Shown here: positions 11,751-22,719 of the stretch, piece after piece
How the letters are laid out: each line of letters begins with the position of its first letter
How positions within the stretch are numbered: position 1 is the first letter of the stretch
Assembly: GCA_002269645.1 (NCBI GenBank)
Contig: NIVC01004884.1
Location: forward strand, 1 to 32,442
DNA length: 32,442 bases
Reading direction: 5' to 3'
Source of the DNA: Macrostomum lignano
Lineage: Eukaryota
Notes under the pieces: generated by a model
The model's database searches: none
Told to the model about the DNA's origin: nothing
The model's input: the letters and a program-made list of their open reading frames with translations, nothing else
Program-made: the position numbers and the translations under genes

Positions 11751-11885
11751 AAGTGTATTTATGGGCGATTCGGAAGGAGGCGATGCTATAGACTGTCTTC
11801 AATTTGTTCAGTTTCTTTTAATCCGCACTGCTACATGGCGCAATTCTAATATCTGTAAGTTTGTCAAAATTCCAGCAAAACCAAC

Positions 11886-12437
11886 TTTGAGCAGCGCATC
11901 CTTCCAGTTATCCACCGGTTTTGTTGGTATCTCAAAGTCTACAACGCTGCTAGAGCTGCCGCCGCCGCCGCTAGACGCGCTGCTGCCAGCGAAGCCGTCA
12001 CTTCGTTGTCGCTTAATAGGCGGTGTTTGATGCTGCTGCTGCTGCTGCGGAGGCGGGCTCTGGCGAAGGCCGGCCCTCAGACAGCACTGATAGCGGCAGG
12101 CCCTGCACTGCTTCCTATTAGCGACGGTGATTTTGCACGCGTTGTCGCCTCTGATGCAGCCGAGCTCCTGGCCGCCGACGGCGCAACGACGGAAGAAGGC
12201 CTTGCAGGAGTCGCAGCAGCCGGCGTCGCCGCTGGCCGGCTCAGTGATGTCGCCGCAGACTGCGCAAGGCCGACCGCCGCCGCTGCCGCTCGCCACTTGA
12301 GGATCCAACAGCGGTGGCGGCAGCGACAACTCTGAGCCCGACACTTTAGCGTCGTCGTCATGGTGTCGCTTTCGAAAAGCAGCAGACGAATAACTGTCTA
12401 CAGGCTGCCGTGGCTTGCTGCTTTCATTGTCGCTCAT
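11886..12437 (-). CDS. Divergent nuclear hormone receptor, exon 1 (C4 zinc-finger DNA-binding domain; NR1J/HR96-like P-box)
   Basis: ATG at 12437. Reads CAVC-X13-CDSCKAFFRR-X9-C-X6-C-X9-CRACRYQCCLRAG. Donor GTTGGT at 11885 is phase 0 and matches the 8535 acceptor. The joined protein is 184+91+171 = 446 aa. Confidence 0.88.
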
Positions 12438-13219
12438 ATTTGCTTATTTTGTGCTTATTTAGAGACAGATCTGTCAACAATCCCGAGACGCAGAGGATTA
12501 GAGGCATTGTAAGGCATTTAGTTTTATTACTGTTTAATTAAAAATTCTGCTATGGGGAGCGCAAACATGCGCAACACCAAACCGAGCCGGCCGGCGAGGG
12601 CCACAGCCAAGCAAAGTTGCAAAAATCCACACCCGAAAATGCAAACGTAGTACTAATTAGATGACGAGGCATTTAGCTTTAATAGTACAGTTATAGTTAC
12701 TTCTGCTGTTTACCAAAAATTACGTTAACTTTTACTTAGGACTTTTGCATAGGCAAAAAAGTCTAATGTGCAAAATCATGATGCCAATTTCAAAGTCAGA
12801 ATTCAATGGCACAAAAACCTCTTTTTCCTTTTAACAGGACATTAATATTCCTAAAGACCTCTAATACTGAAGATGCAAATGACCTGCTCTGTAGATCATA
12901 GCTCATGGTCTAATGGATTATGAATAATTATGATTCTATTAAAAAAAATCTACATAACCATAGCCACTGCATAATTTTGACACTACCATAGCCTGCAATA
13001 TAGCAAGCAGATTAGCTTATGCTTGTAGTAATAAGGGATAGCATGAAAACAATAATAATTATGATAATTAATTACTAAATTACACCTGCTCGAATGGAAA
13101 GATGTGCAAGTGACAGCTCAGCTGCAGCAATTGTGTGGCACATCTTAAGGCTGGGTACAGCTGTTCAGTCCAAGGACTAGGGGTCACCATATGCACCTAA
13201 GTTCTTAGGAATTCTAAGT

Positions 13220-14000
13220 GTGAATCCTGACTTACTAAGACCAGAGACTGCTGCGTTTCTAAAGCAGTTTCTAACTGTTGACTCACTGCAACAGCTTTGC
13301 AATTGGACCAATATACAGGTGTGGTGCAAATTTGATCAGCTACAAGCATTGATGCAACACCTGCCTCACAAGGTTCTTTATGTGGAAAGGTGTGACCATG
13401 GATAAGATGAAAGTTTGTTGCCATGCTTTATATTGGGATAATTAAAAAACCAAAGGTTGTCAATTATTACTAGAGCAAGGATGATTTTTACATAACACCT
13501 TATAAAAACTTGCTAAAAAATCTAATAGAAATGACCCACTGACAAAGGCATAACCATTTATTACACTATTAAGCATATAGTTAAGAATTTTTGCAATGCA
13601 TATATGCCAAAAAAGAAATTTGTGTCAATAAAGATCTAGCCTTATTCAAGGGTTGCATCATTCTATCTCAATACTCTCGTACATTCCCTCTAAGAAAGTA
13701 CAATAAAGTATCAAACTACTTTATATTGCTTTTGCAAGACTAGATCTAGTTACATTAGTATACTCTAATAGGGCTAGGAATGAGTGTTTTGGCCAAGGTC
13801 TTAGATTAAAGGAGTGAAGGCTTATCCCTAGGTGAAAAAGTCCTAGTAGAGGCAATTAGGTATATAATGGATTTAGGTTATCATGTCTTTTGCAATAGTT
13901 GGTTTAAATCTAAATTGTCTTGCAATTTATCTATTGCAGCAAGGCCTTCTGTTGATATACATAGTTTGTGCCAATTATAGTATTCCAGATGGCCTTCATA
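13220..14000 (+). mobile_element. Degenerate piggyBac (PGBD-like) transposase relic
   Basis: Frameshifted fragments FLKQFLTVDSLQQLCNWTN, WKGVTMDKMK, GIIKKPK, NAYMPKK-EICVNKDLALFKG, YIPSKK and GYHVFCNSWF match piggyBac motifs (Y.P...++DE.+..FKG; YIP.KP..YG; G..+..DN+F). The termini were not identified. Confidence 0.75.
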
Positions 14001-15264
14001 AATCATAATATCTAGGGAAACCAAGCTCCAAACTGTATATTTATGCAAAAAACAGTTAATAAGACAACAATATACTTTTTTTAAATTTCTTAGTACATTT
14101 CAATTTTACAATTCGATTAGTTTTGCTATTAAGCCTAGCCAATATTATTAGCCTAAAAGTTAGCCTTTTCATTATAAATATGGTAACCTAGGCAAATAGG
14201 CCTAGTTAATCCCTGTTAATAACTATAGCCTATATTAAAGTCTAAAGAAACAAAACAAAAGCTATTATAGTATTTAAAATAAGTCAAATTATTAAGCAAT
14301 TAGCTTACAATTCCATAGTTAGAACTATATCATTTTGATATTAATTGTATTGCCTTAGTAATAACTTTAGCAAGCAATCAAAAATATGTGAAATTAAAGA
14401 AAAGAATGAAGAACCAAAATATATAAGTTAAAAAAATAAAGAAAAAATTAAGCTGCAACAAAAAATAATTAACAAAAGTTAAAACTATACAAAAATGGCT
14501 AAATCTTGTGACCTATTTTTATTGTATTTATTTTTAGTATTACGAGTATAAATAGACTATAAAATTATAATAGTAGTATATACACTAATTTTGTATTATT
14601 TGTCTATTTGTATATTTGTCTGTCTTAATTTTTTCTAGACTCATTTGACCATTTTAATTAGCTTTAAATTAGCTTGAAAATTATAGTTTTTGGCGATTTA
14701 GTATAACTTTTTAATGAAAAAATGGAAAGGAAAAAGGTCAAATATTCAAAAAACTATTTTTGAATGCTTTTAATAGGCACTCCATTTTATAATTTAATTG
14801 TTTAGTTCAACCATTTAGGCCTTTTCTTGGCCAATATACAGTGTAAAAAATATATTAACAATAAAGTCAAGTAGTTTTATGACCTTTTGTGCAGTAGGCT
14901 TGTAATTTAATTTAATTGTGGTATTAACATATTGTTATCTTTTGCTATAATCTTTTTTCAATTTTAACTTTTAGCCTATTGCTAAGGTTTGTATAGCGAT
15001 AACTACAAAATATGTAAATAACTCACTGTAATGACTTAGCTTGTAAATTAGATTCAATATATTCAGCAACATTGAAAATTCATCATCATAGAAGATTCCG
15101 AGAGTGCAAGTAAAGTCTCTCAATCTTTGCAAGTGACACAACTTAGCTATGCCGCAGCAGACTTAAGTTGAAGAATGAAGTGGGGGAGCAGTGTATGAGC
15201 TAGGGTTGGACAGATTAAACTATCCCATGCTCACACACTCTCTTACTTGCTCAAACTCTCAAGT

Positions 15265-15545
15265 AGAAGAGAGAGGAGAGAAGAAGGGAGAGGAGAGATG
15301 AAAAGAGTGAGCTAAGAGTGGAGATTGGAGAGAGGCTGAGAGTGGGAAGAGGCTGAAGAGTAAGCTGAGAATAGAGATTGGAAAGAGGCTAAGAGTGGAG
15401 ATTGGAGAGAGGCTGAGAGTAGAGATTGGAGAGAGGCTGAGAGTAGAGATTGGAAAGAGGCTGAGAGTGGAGAGAGGCTAAGAGTGGAGAGAGGCTGAGA
15501 GTGAGCTGAGAATGGAGATTAGAGAGAGGCTGAGAGTGGAGAGAG
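15265..15545. repeat. Purine-rich degenerate ~22-bp repeat (GAGTGGAGATTGGAGAGAGGCT-like)
   Basis: Almost pure G/A on the + strand, with recurring GAGAGGCTGAGAGT. Confidence 0.85.
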
Positions 15546-15639
15546 TCTTAGGCTGAAAACTTTCCCACTAAGATTTCCTAATCTCCCTTGATCTTGGTTT
15601 CATTTCAACTCTATATATGCACATGCTGTGTGTATAGGA

Positions 15640-15978
15640 TACCCGCTCTCTACTCCCTTTGATGGCCTCAACGCCTTTTTTTGCCTTCCACCTCTGGACA
15701 TCTTTGTCTGTTGCGAGGCTGCTAAAATGACCCGCCGGCTCATTGAAGCTGGCATTAGCTTCAAGCCACAAAGAGCGATGGCAAAGTGCAAGCTCCTGCC
15801 ACACTCTGACCTGTGCCTTAAAGTTCTGGAGGAGAGTGGGAGTGCGGCTGTCCTGTCGGATGCTGAGCCGCACTCCCTCAGTCTCTACCAACACTTCAAG
15901 GTCACTATCCCCTCCAGGGAGAACGCCAACAACAGCTGGGCCCCTCAGGAGAATAACTGCTTTACTGACGGATCCTCC
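15640..15978 (+). mobile_element. Older 5'-truncated LOA/R1-group LINE (element B), left piece: RT C-terminus to RNase H FTDGSS
   Basis: Reads TPFDGLNAFFCLPPLDIFV...NNCFTDGSS, paralogous to 20420-20760. Preceded by GTGTATAGGA (15630-15639), which recurs at 22720-22729 as a TSD. Confidence 0.88.
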
Positions 15979-16228
15979 GCACGCGAAGGTGTATTCAGCA
16001 CGCCAGTGAAGTATGAGACAGACCAGGCCTAAGGGCTATGGTCTGCGATGCTTCACGCCTGCCCCTATCTTCAGCAGGTCAAGGCTGGAGAGGGAGGTCT
16101 GCACCCGCTATTTGCCGCTGGCAGCCGCAGACCCCCCCCTCACGCTGTTTCACAAGTCGACCCAGGGTACTCATCCCCGCGTGTGTTCAAGGCAGACCCT
16201 AGGGCTGCTGGACAGACTGGGCTCCGAC
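15979..16228 (+). ncRNA. Candidate HDV-like self-cleaving ribozyme at the 5' end of element A
   Basis: By-eye double pseudoknot. P1 GCACGCG (15979-85) / CGCGTGT (16178-84) with a G1-U wobble; P3 GGG/CCC; L3 TACTCAT; P1.1 AC/GT; P4 16187-16212; C16213; P2 CCCA/TGGG. Confidence 0.6.
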
Positions 16229-16448
16229 GCTGGCGACCTATCCAGTGGCTTCGGCCGAATTTGGGTATGCGGGTCTGGCTTGCCAGCCTGCAGGCCGTGG
16301 TACTGCTTAACGTACCCCCTAATGCCTAAGGTGTTTGACCGTGCCGATGGGCTGGAAGGCCGGGGGTTGTCCGGTCGCTAGCGGTCCTTTTCTTTTTCTT
16401 CTTTCCTCTTTCTTTTGTGACTCAGCTCACTCCTTCCCGCTTTCAGCT

Positions 16449-17914
16449 ATGGCGTCATCCGCCTCTTTAACCCCCGCTGAAGCCGGGGCCCCGGCAACTC
16501 CAGCCGGTGACTCTGGCACCAGCGCCGCCCCACCGGGGGCAGATGGGCTTGCTGCTGGCTTGGCTGGTGACATGCCCGCACGCGCAACCGGGCCCTCCGC
16601 TGAAGCCCGACGCACCCGCAACCAACGCCGCAACGAGTGGCGACGGCGACTACGGGGTACTGCGGGCCGGCCACCGGCGGAGGGGAACCTAGGGAGGGCG
16701 AGGCTGCTGTTGGGCCGAAAGGAACCACAGCAACCCCTGCCCCCCAGGATACAACCCCCGCTGGTGAGCCACCCAGTATACCTGCTACAAGCGCGGCCGG
16801 GCCTTCGGGAACCGCCGCCACCAACTACGCCTCAAAGGTCAAGCTCCAACCGGCGGTCATCGTCTTCGGGGAAGAGCAGGACCTCACGGCCGACGAGCTC
16901 GACAGTGCCTGGCGCACCATCGATGCTGCGCTCATCGACCAGCTCCTGGCGGGCCACCCTGTGAGCGTGGTCAAGTCTGCCAAGACCGACAGCTGCATCT
17001 TCATCTGGTGCAGCTCGGAGGAGAGCAGCCGCAATCTACGCGAGCTTCTGCCAAAGCTGAACTGGCCCAAGAAGCTCGGCAAGCTCGTCTTCGCCAGCGA
17101 GGGCGAACGACAGAAGACCCAGCGCTTTCGCGTCTGGATCCCGGCCAGCAGTGCCATTAAGTCCGGAGATCAGCTTAGGCAAATATTGCTAAAGCTGCAC
17201 CCCGACCTTAAGGTCAACGGGCTCCTACACCACGCCACTTCCCGCAAGGAGAAGGGGGCTACGGTGATCCTAGGGCTCTCTGATGACTGGGCTAAGCGCT
17301 TGCCGCCTAAGTCCACAATTCATATTGGTCTGACTCAGCTGACCATCCTCCGTTGCGAGGAGCGGAAAGCTGATGAAGCCAAGAATGCCAAAGCTTCCGA
17401 AACCGGAACTGGGGCCCAGGCTCCTCCGGCAAAGAAGCTGAGGCAAACGGCCGATCCTATGCCCGGTAAGGCAGTTCGCGCTGCTGAAACCGGAAATCGC
17501 AATCGCAGACCCGCCAGGAGCACCCGGAGGTCCGGCCTGATCCAGCGCGCGCTGGACCAGGCCAAGAACCTTCGTGCGCATTGTGAGCGGGCCCGCGCTT
17601 CTCGCGCTCCACCCCAACAGCCAGAAGGCCAGACTCTAAACGGGGAGGCTCCGACCGACTGGTTCGAGTCTGTGACTCACCAGGAGGCTGGCGCCACCCG
17701 CATCGACCTGACCGACGAGGCAGAAGGGACGGGCAGTGACAGCACCGAAGCACGCAGGAGAGGCGACGGTAACGTCCACGCTGGGCTCACGTCCGCGGAG
17801 GACTCCACAGCCACCCTAACTGCTGAGGACGCTGAAACTCCCATGGAGGTCTGCGGGTCACCCACCACTGAAAAGGAGGAGGATGACCTGCTCAACGATT
17901 CCCCAACTGCGTGA
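16449..17914 (+). CDS. LINE ORF1 (gag-like nucleic-acid-binding protein), one -1 frameshift near 16640-16720
   Basis: ATG at 16449 (MASSASLTP...) in the 16335 frame; continues in the 16637-17914 frame. A/P/G-rich N-terminus, globular core and acidic tail. Lies directly before ORF2. Confidence 0.75.
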
Positions 17915-17916
17915 TA

Positions 17917-20900
17917 ATGATCAGCAACCAGGGAATCCATTGCCTGCAGATTAATCTGCAGCACTGCGTCGCAGCCTCGGTCAACCTTATGCGTTACGCC
18001 GAGCTCGACAAGCCGGGGCTCATCCTCGTCCAGGAACCCTGGACTCTCAGAGGTAAGCCTCAAAACGCACCTGCTGGCTACAATTGTTTTTATACTTACC
18101 CTCGCGAGGCCAACTAGCCTCCCAGAGCTTGCATCTTTGCGAGCAAAACGCTCAGTGCGTGGCTCAGATCGGACCTGTCCAACAGGGACATCTGCGTCAT
18201 CCAATCCGAGGACCTTCTTCCTGGGAAGACCACCCTCATTGCCTCGGTTTACCTACCAGGCGATGCTGCGGTCGTCCCAGAGCCCTCGCTACGCTGGTAG
18301 AGCTCTGCTCTGCCAAAAACTACGAGCTCATGGTTGCCGGCGACATCAACGCCCACCACACTCACTGGGGCAGCACTGGCATTAATCAGAGAGGCGAAGA
18401 CCTCCTAGCCTACGTTGCCTCTACGACCCTCGAGTTCTGCAACTCTGGGTCCACCCCTACCTTTGACAACGGACGGTGGTCGGAGGTGATCGACGCTACG
18501 CTCGCAACGCCCAGACTCTACCAGAGTATTGGGGCATGGCGGGTGCTTCCAGTGTCCTCACTATCGGATCACAAGTTCATCTCCTTCAACCTAATGGCCC
18601 CGCGTAGCGCAACTCGTGTTATGTGGAGACGGAACGCCAGAAATACGGATTGGGAAACCTTCGGGCTCGCCCTGAAGGAATTCCATCGGTCTCCTGGCCA
18701 ACCATCCACGATCACGTCGTGCCGAGAGGCGGATGAGTGCGCGACTGTTTTGACAGAGACGCTAACTGCCGCCTTTGAGGCGTCCTGCCCTTTAAAAGCC
18801 TATAAAGGGAAAAAATCGGCGCCGTGGTGGAATCCAGAGCTTGGCAACCTCCGTCGCAGGGCTAAGAGACTCCACCGCAGAGCAACTAAAACTAAGAGCC
18901 CTGCAGACCAAACCACCTATCATGAAGCAATTCATGAGTTTAAAAGGCAGGTTAGGAATGCAAAGGCTCAAAAATGGCGACAATACTGTGAGGAGCTAGA
19001 GGGCTCACGGCCCACCTCCAGAGTTGTGAAAGCGCTCACGCTGGACAAAATGTCTAAGCTCTCCTCGGTCAAACGCACCGACGGTACGTCCACGGACAAC
19101 CCAGGGGAAACGCTTGATGTAATGCTCACTGCGTTTTTCCCTAACGAGCCAGCTAACCAGACCACTCCGGATCACTCGGAGGGAGGTCACGCGCTGGCTG
19201 CATCTATCATCACGGAGGACCGCATTGTGAGAGCGGCAAATTCCTTCAAGCCTTTCAAAGCCTCAGGACCCGACGGCATTGTACCGGCCCTTCTAAGAGA
19301 GGCGGTTAAATGCCCAGGCTTCCTGCGCAAACTTTGCAGCCTTCTTCGGGCATGCATCACGCTTGGTTATGTCCCGCAGGCATGGACCGAGGCAAAGGTG
19401 ATCTTTATCCCTAAGCCAGGCCGCCCGGACTACCATTCTATCAAATCCTTCAGACCGATCAGCTTGACCTCCTCCCTGGTCAAGCTGATGGAGAGACTGG
19501 TGCTTTGGCGCCTTCTCTCTGTTGAGCTGAAGAACAAACCTCTCAGCAAGAACCAGCATGCTTTTCGGGCGGGTCGCTCCACTGAAAGCGCGCTGCACGT
19601 CCTGGTTGATAAACTCGAGAAGGCCGTGCTTGGTAGTGGCTTTGCTCTGGGGATCTTCCTGGACATCATTGGCGCCTTTGATAACGTCCTCTTTGAGGCG
19701 TTCCGAAGAGCTCTTTGTGAGAGGCTAACGCACTCACATCTCACCAGATGGATCATGTACATGATCAGCCATCGCACGGCCACCGCCAGTCTGCTGGGCT
19801 ACCAGAGGACGGTCCCCGTCTGCAAAGGTAGCCCGCAAGGTGGGGTGCTGTCTCCAGTTCTCTGGAATATGGTCATCGATGAGCTCCTCCGGGATGTTCG
19901 GCCTGACCCCATTCTGAAAGTTGGATATGCGGACGATGTCACCGCGGTGGCATCTGGTCCGTCCCCTGATACCCTCAGGGACCTTCTTCAGAACTTCATC
20001 TACGCTGCTGAGCAATGGGCGGACTGCTGTGGTTTAAGGCTCTCTGAGACTAAGACCGCAGCGATCATGTTCACCAGCAGGACCAAGTGGCAGATTCGGC
20101 CGCTCACGCTTTACGGAAGGGAAATCCCCTTCTGCAAGCAGACTAAATGTCTGGGTATTACCCTGGACCACAGGCTGAACTGGTCACCCCACGTTCAAAC
20201 AAAAGCCAAAAAGGCCTTCGCAGTCCTCGCGCAATTGCGCAGGGCTGTCGGCACCACCTGGGGGCTCACCCCCAAGCGCCTCTGGTGGATCTACACTGCA
20301 ATGGTTAGGCCCGCTATCTCGTATGGCAGCCTGATCTGGGCTAGCGCCCTGCAGATAAAGACCTGTCTAGAGGCTCTCAGGAGAGCGCAAGGGCGCGCTT
20401 GTCGCACGATCATGAGCGCCCCTCCGTCTGCTCCCTACGATGGCCTCAACGCCTTCCTCAACATTCCTCCGCTGGACATCTTTGTCCGCAGGGAAGCGGC
20501 TAAGACTGCCCGCCGTCTAGCTGATGCTGGCATTCGAATCCAGCCCCATAGGGCCATGGCTAAGCGCAAGCTTCTGCCCCACGCTGACCTCTGCCTCAAG
20601 GACTTGAGAGACAGCGGCGGGCTCCACGTCCTATCTGACGGCGAACCCCGCACTCTCAACACCTCTTTCAGCGCTACAAGGTCACCATCCCCTCTAGGGA
20701 TGCTGCCAATGACCACTGGAATTTCCAGGAGGTCCATTGCTACACGGACGGATCCATCAAAGACGGTCGCGCCGGCTTTGGGGTCTGCATCATCATCAAC
20801 GGCCGCGTAATTGCCACGCATGCCCAGCACACTGGTAGATTCTCCACAGTCTTCCAGAACGAAGTCCTTGCCATCAGCTCTTGCGCTGCAGAGCTGAACG

Positions 20901-21622
20901 CCAAGGTTACAAGAGGAAAGACTATTGTCATCCACTCCGACAGCCAAGCGGCCTTACAGGCCCTTTGCCACACCACAACGAACTCCCGGACAGTCGCCGA
21001 CTGCGCCCGGCAGCTCAACCTCCTGGCCAGAAGCAATACTGTCAGGCTGAAGTGGATCCCAGGGCACGCAGGGTTTCCGGGGAACGAGCTGGCAGACACC
21101 CTCGCCAAGAGGGGCGGCTCTGGCTCTTTTTTCGGCCCTGCCCCCCTGGTCCCTATGCCCTTGACAGTCATCAATCGTCAGATCGACGACTAGGCTGACT
21201 CCCTCCACAGGGACAGATGGGCGGGCACCCAAAACTGCCGGCAATCTTGTGCCGCGGTTCCTTGCCCGTCTCACAGGCTCAGAAACATCCTTCTGAACCA
21301 GAATCGGAAGGATATTCGAGCCCTTGTCATGACCCTTACCGGCCATGGCTACCTCGCCAGGCACTGCTTCCTCCGAGGCGACCTCGAGAGCGAAATTTGC
21401 CCCTTTTGCGAGTGCGACAATGAAGATGCTCAGCACTTTGTCTGTCACTGCCCCTTCTTTAACAGAGACCGGCTACGCTACCTCGGGCTGAACCCATCCA
21501 TTGATGAGGTTTGCCAGCCCGACAGCATCCCACGGCTCATCCAGTTCCTTCGGGCGACTAGACGAGCCAGTTTTTTCCCAACGGAAGATCACGCTGCAGG
21601 ACGGACCGGCGGACCACCCTGA
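17917..21622 (+). pseudogene. LINE ORF2: APE endonuclease - reverse transcriptase - RNase H - CCHC finger; disrupted
   Basis: Motifs LQINLQHC, VQEPW, GDINAHH, SDH, GPDGI, FRPISL, QHAFR, PQGGVLSP, YADD, WGLTPK, YTDGS, HSDSQAAL, WIPGH, GNELAD and CPFC-X8-H-X4-C. In-frame TAG at 18115 and 21191; frameshifts near 18283 (-1) and 20660 (+2). Confidence 0.93.
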
Positions 21623-21740
21623 CCGGCCCCACGCCTCTGCCTGTCTGCGGGCCTTCAGGGGCTAGCGGAATGGGCGACCCTCGCCTCCCCGCTGTGTCTA
21701 CGGACCACCCTGCAGCTAAGTCAAGTCAGACGGATCCTCC

Positions 21741-22719
21741 AAAGACGGCTTATCTGGCTTTGGAGTCTGTATCCTTATCAATGGCCACGTGATTGCTACT
21801 CAGGCCCAACACACTGGCAGACTCTCCAGCGTCTTCCAGAACAAAGTCCTTGCCATCAGCTCCTGTGCAGCTGAGCTCCACTGCAGGGACTTCAAGGACA
21901 GAAGAATCTTCTTCCACTCTGACAGCCAGGCCGCTTTACAGGCCCTGTGTCACACCACTACGAACTCCCGAACAGTCCGCGACTGTTTCGGGCAGCTCAA
22001 CAAGCTGGCTTGGAGGAACACTGTCCGACTTACATGAATCCCAGGACACGCCGGCTTCAAAGGCAACGAGCTTGCGGATTCCTTCACTAAGGTGGGCTAT
22101 TCCAGCTTGCCCCTTGGCCCCGTGCCCCTGGCCCCCATCCTAGCCACACTCATTAATTGTCAGATTAACAACTGGGCAGACATACTGCACTTGCGCAGAT
22201 GGGATGGTATCTCTAACTGTCGCCAATCTTGTACGGCAGTGCCCAATCCGTCCCTCAAGCTGCGGAGAATCCTTTTGAACCAAAATTGAAAAGATATCCA
22301 CGCTCTCACTATGGCCTTCACAGGTCACAGTTGCTTTGCCAGGCACTGTTTCCTCTGAAGTGCCCGCCAGAATGAACTCTGCCCTTTCTGCAACCTTGAG
22401 AATGAAGATGCCAAGCACTTTGTCTGCTACTGCCCGGCTTTCAACCAAGACCGGCTCAACCACCTTGGGCCCAACTTGTCCCTGGACAACGTTTGTTGGC
22501 CCGAGAACATCCCACGGCTCATCTGGTTCCTACAGGCCACCAAGCGAGCCTCCGTCTTCCCCATAGAAGACAATGCTGCAGACAGGATCAGCAGACCTCC
22601 CTGACCGGCCCTGCACACTAGCCTATGCAGGTCTTTCAGGGATTAGCAGAATGGGCAACGCTCGCCTCCCCACTGCGTCTTTGGACTGCCCTGCAGCTAA
22701 GTCAAGTAAGTCAAGTCAA
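21741..22719 (+). mobile_element. Element B, right piece: RNase H, CCHC, 3' UTR and (AAGTC)-type tail
   Basis: Resumes in frame (KDGLSGFGVCILING...HSDSQAAL) and is collinear with 20759-21728. Many stops and CpG-type changes. Tail TAAGTCAAGTAAGTCAAGTCAA, followed by the TSD GTGTATAGGA. Confidence 0.9.

Larger units (their letters stand above)
15979..21728 (+). mobile_element. Full-length LOA/R1-group non-LTR retrotransposon (element A, 5750 bp)
   Basis: Flanked by the 12-bp direct repeat GACGGATCCTCC (15967-15978 and 21729-21740). Contains a 5' UTR, ORF1, an APE-RT-RNase H-CCHC ORF2 and a 3' tail TAAGTCAAGTCA. Confidence 0.93.

Noticed and set aside
11808-11885. 33-nt GT-AG mini-intron (11885-11853) or read-through giving a DBD-only receptor
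   Set aside because: Both routes hit TGA at 11808. The phase-0 join to 8535 gives a full receptor and is more parsimonious. A minor isoform cannot be excluded without RNA-seq.
11701-12361. Overlapping ORFs 11701-12030, 12006-12335 and 12077-12361
   Set aside because: These are alternative-frame or antisense shadows of the GC-rich receptor exon 1.
12700-15000. piggyBac TTAA-CCC terminal inverted repeats
   Set aside because: No convincing TTAA-flanked inverted pair was found in this AT-rich, decayed region.
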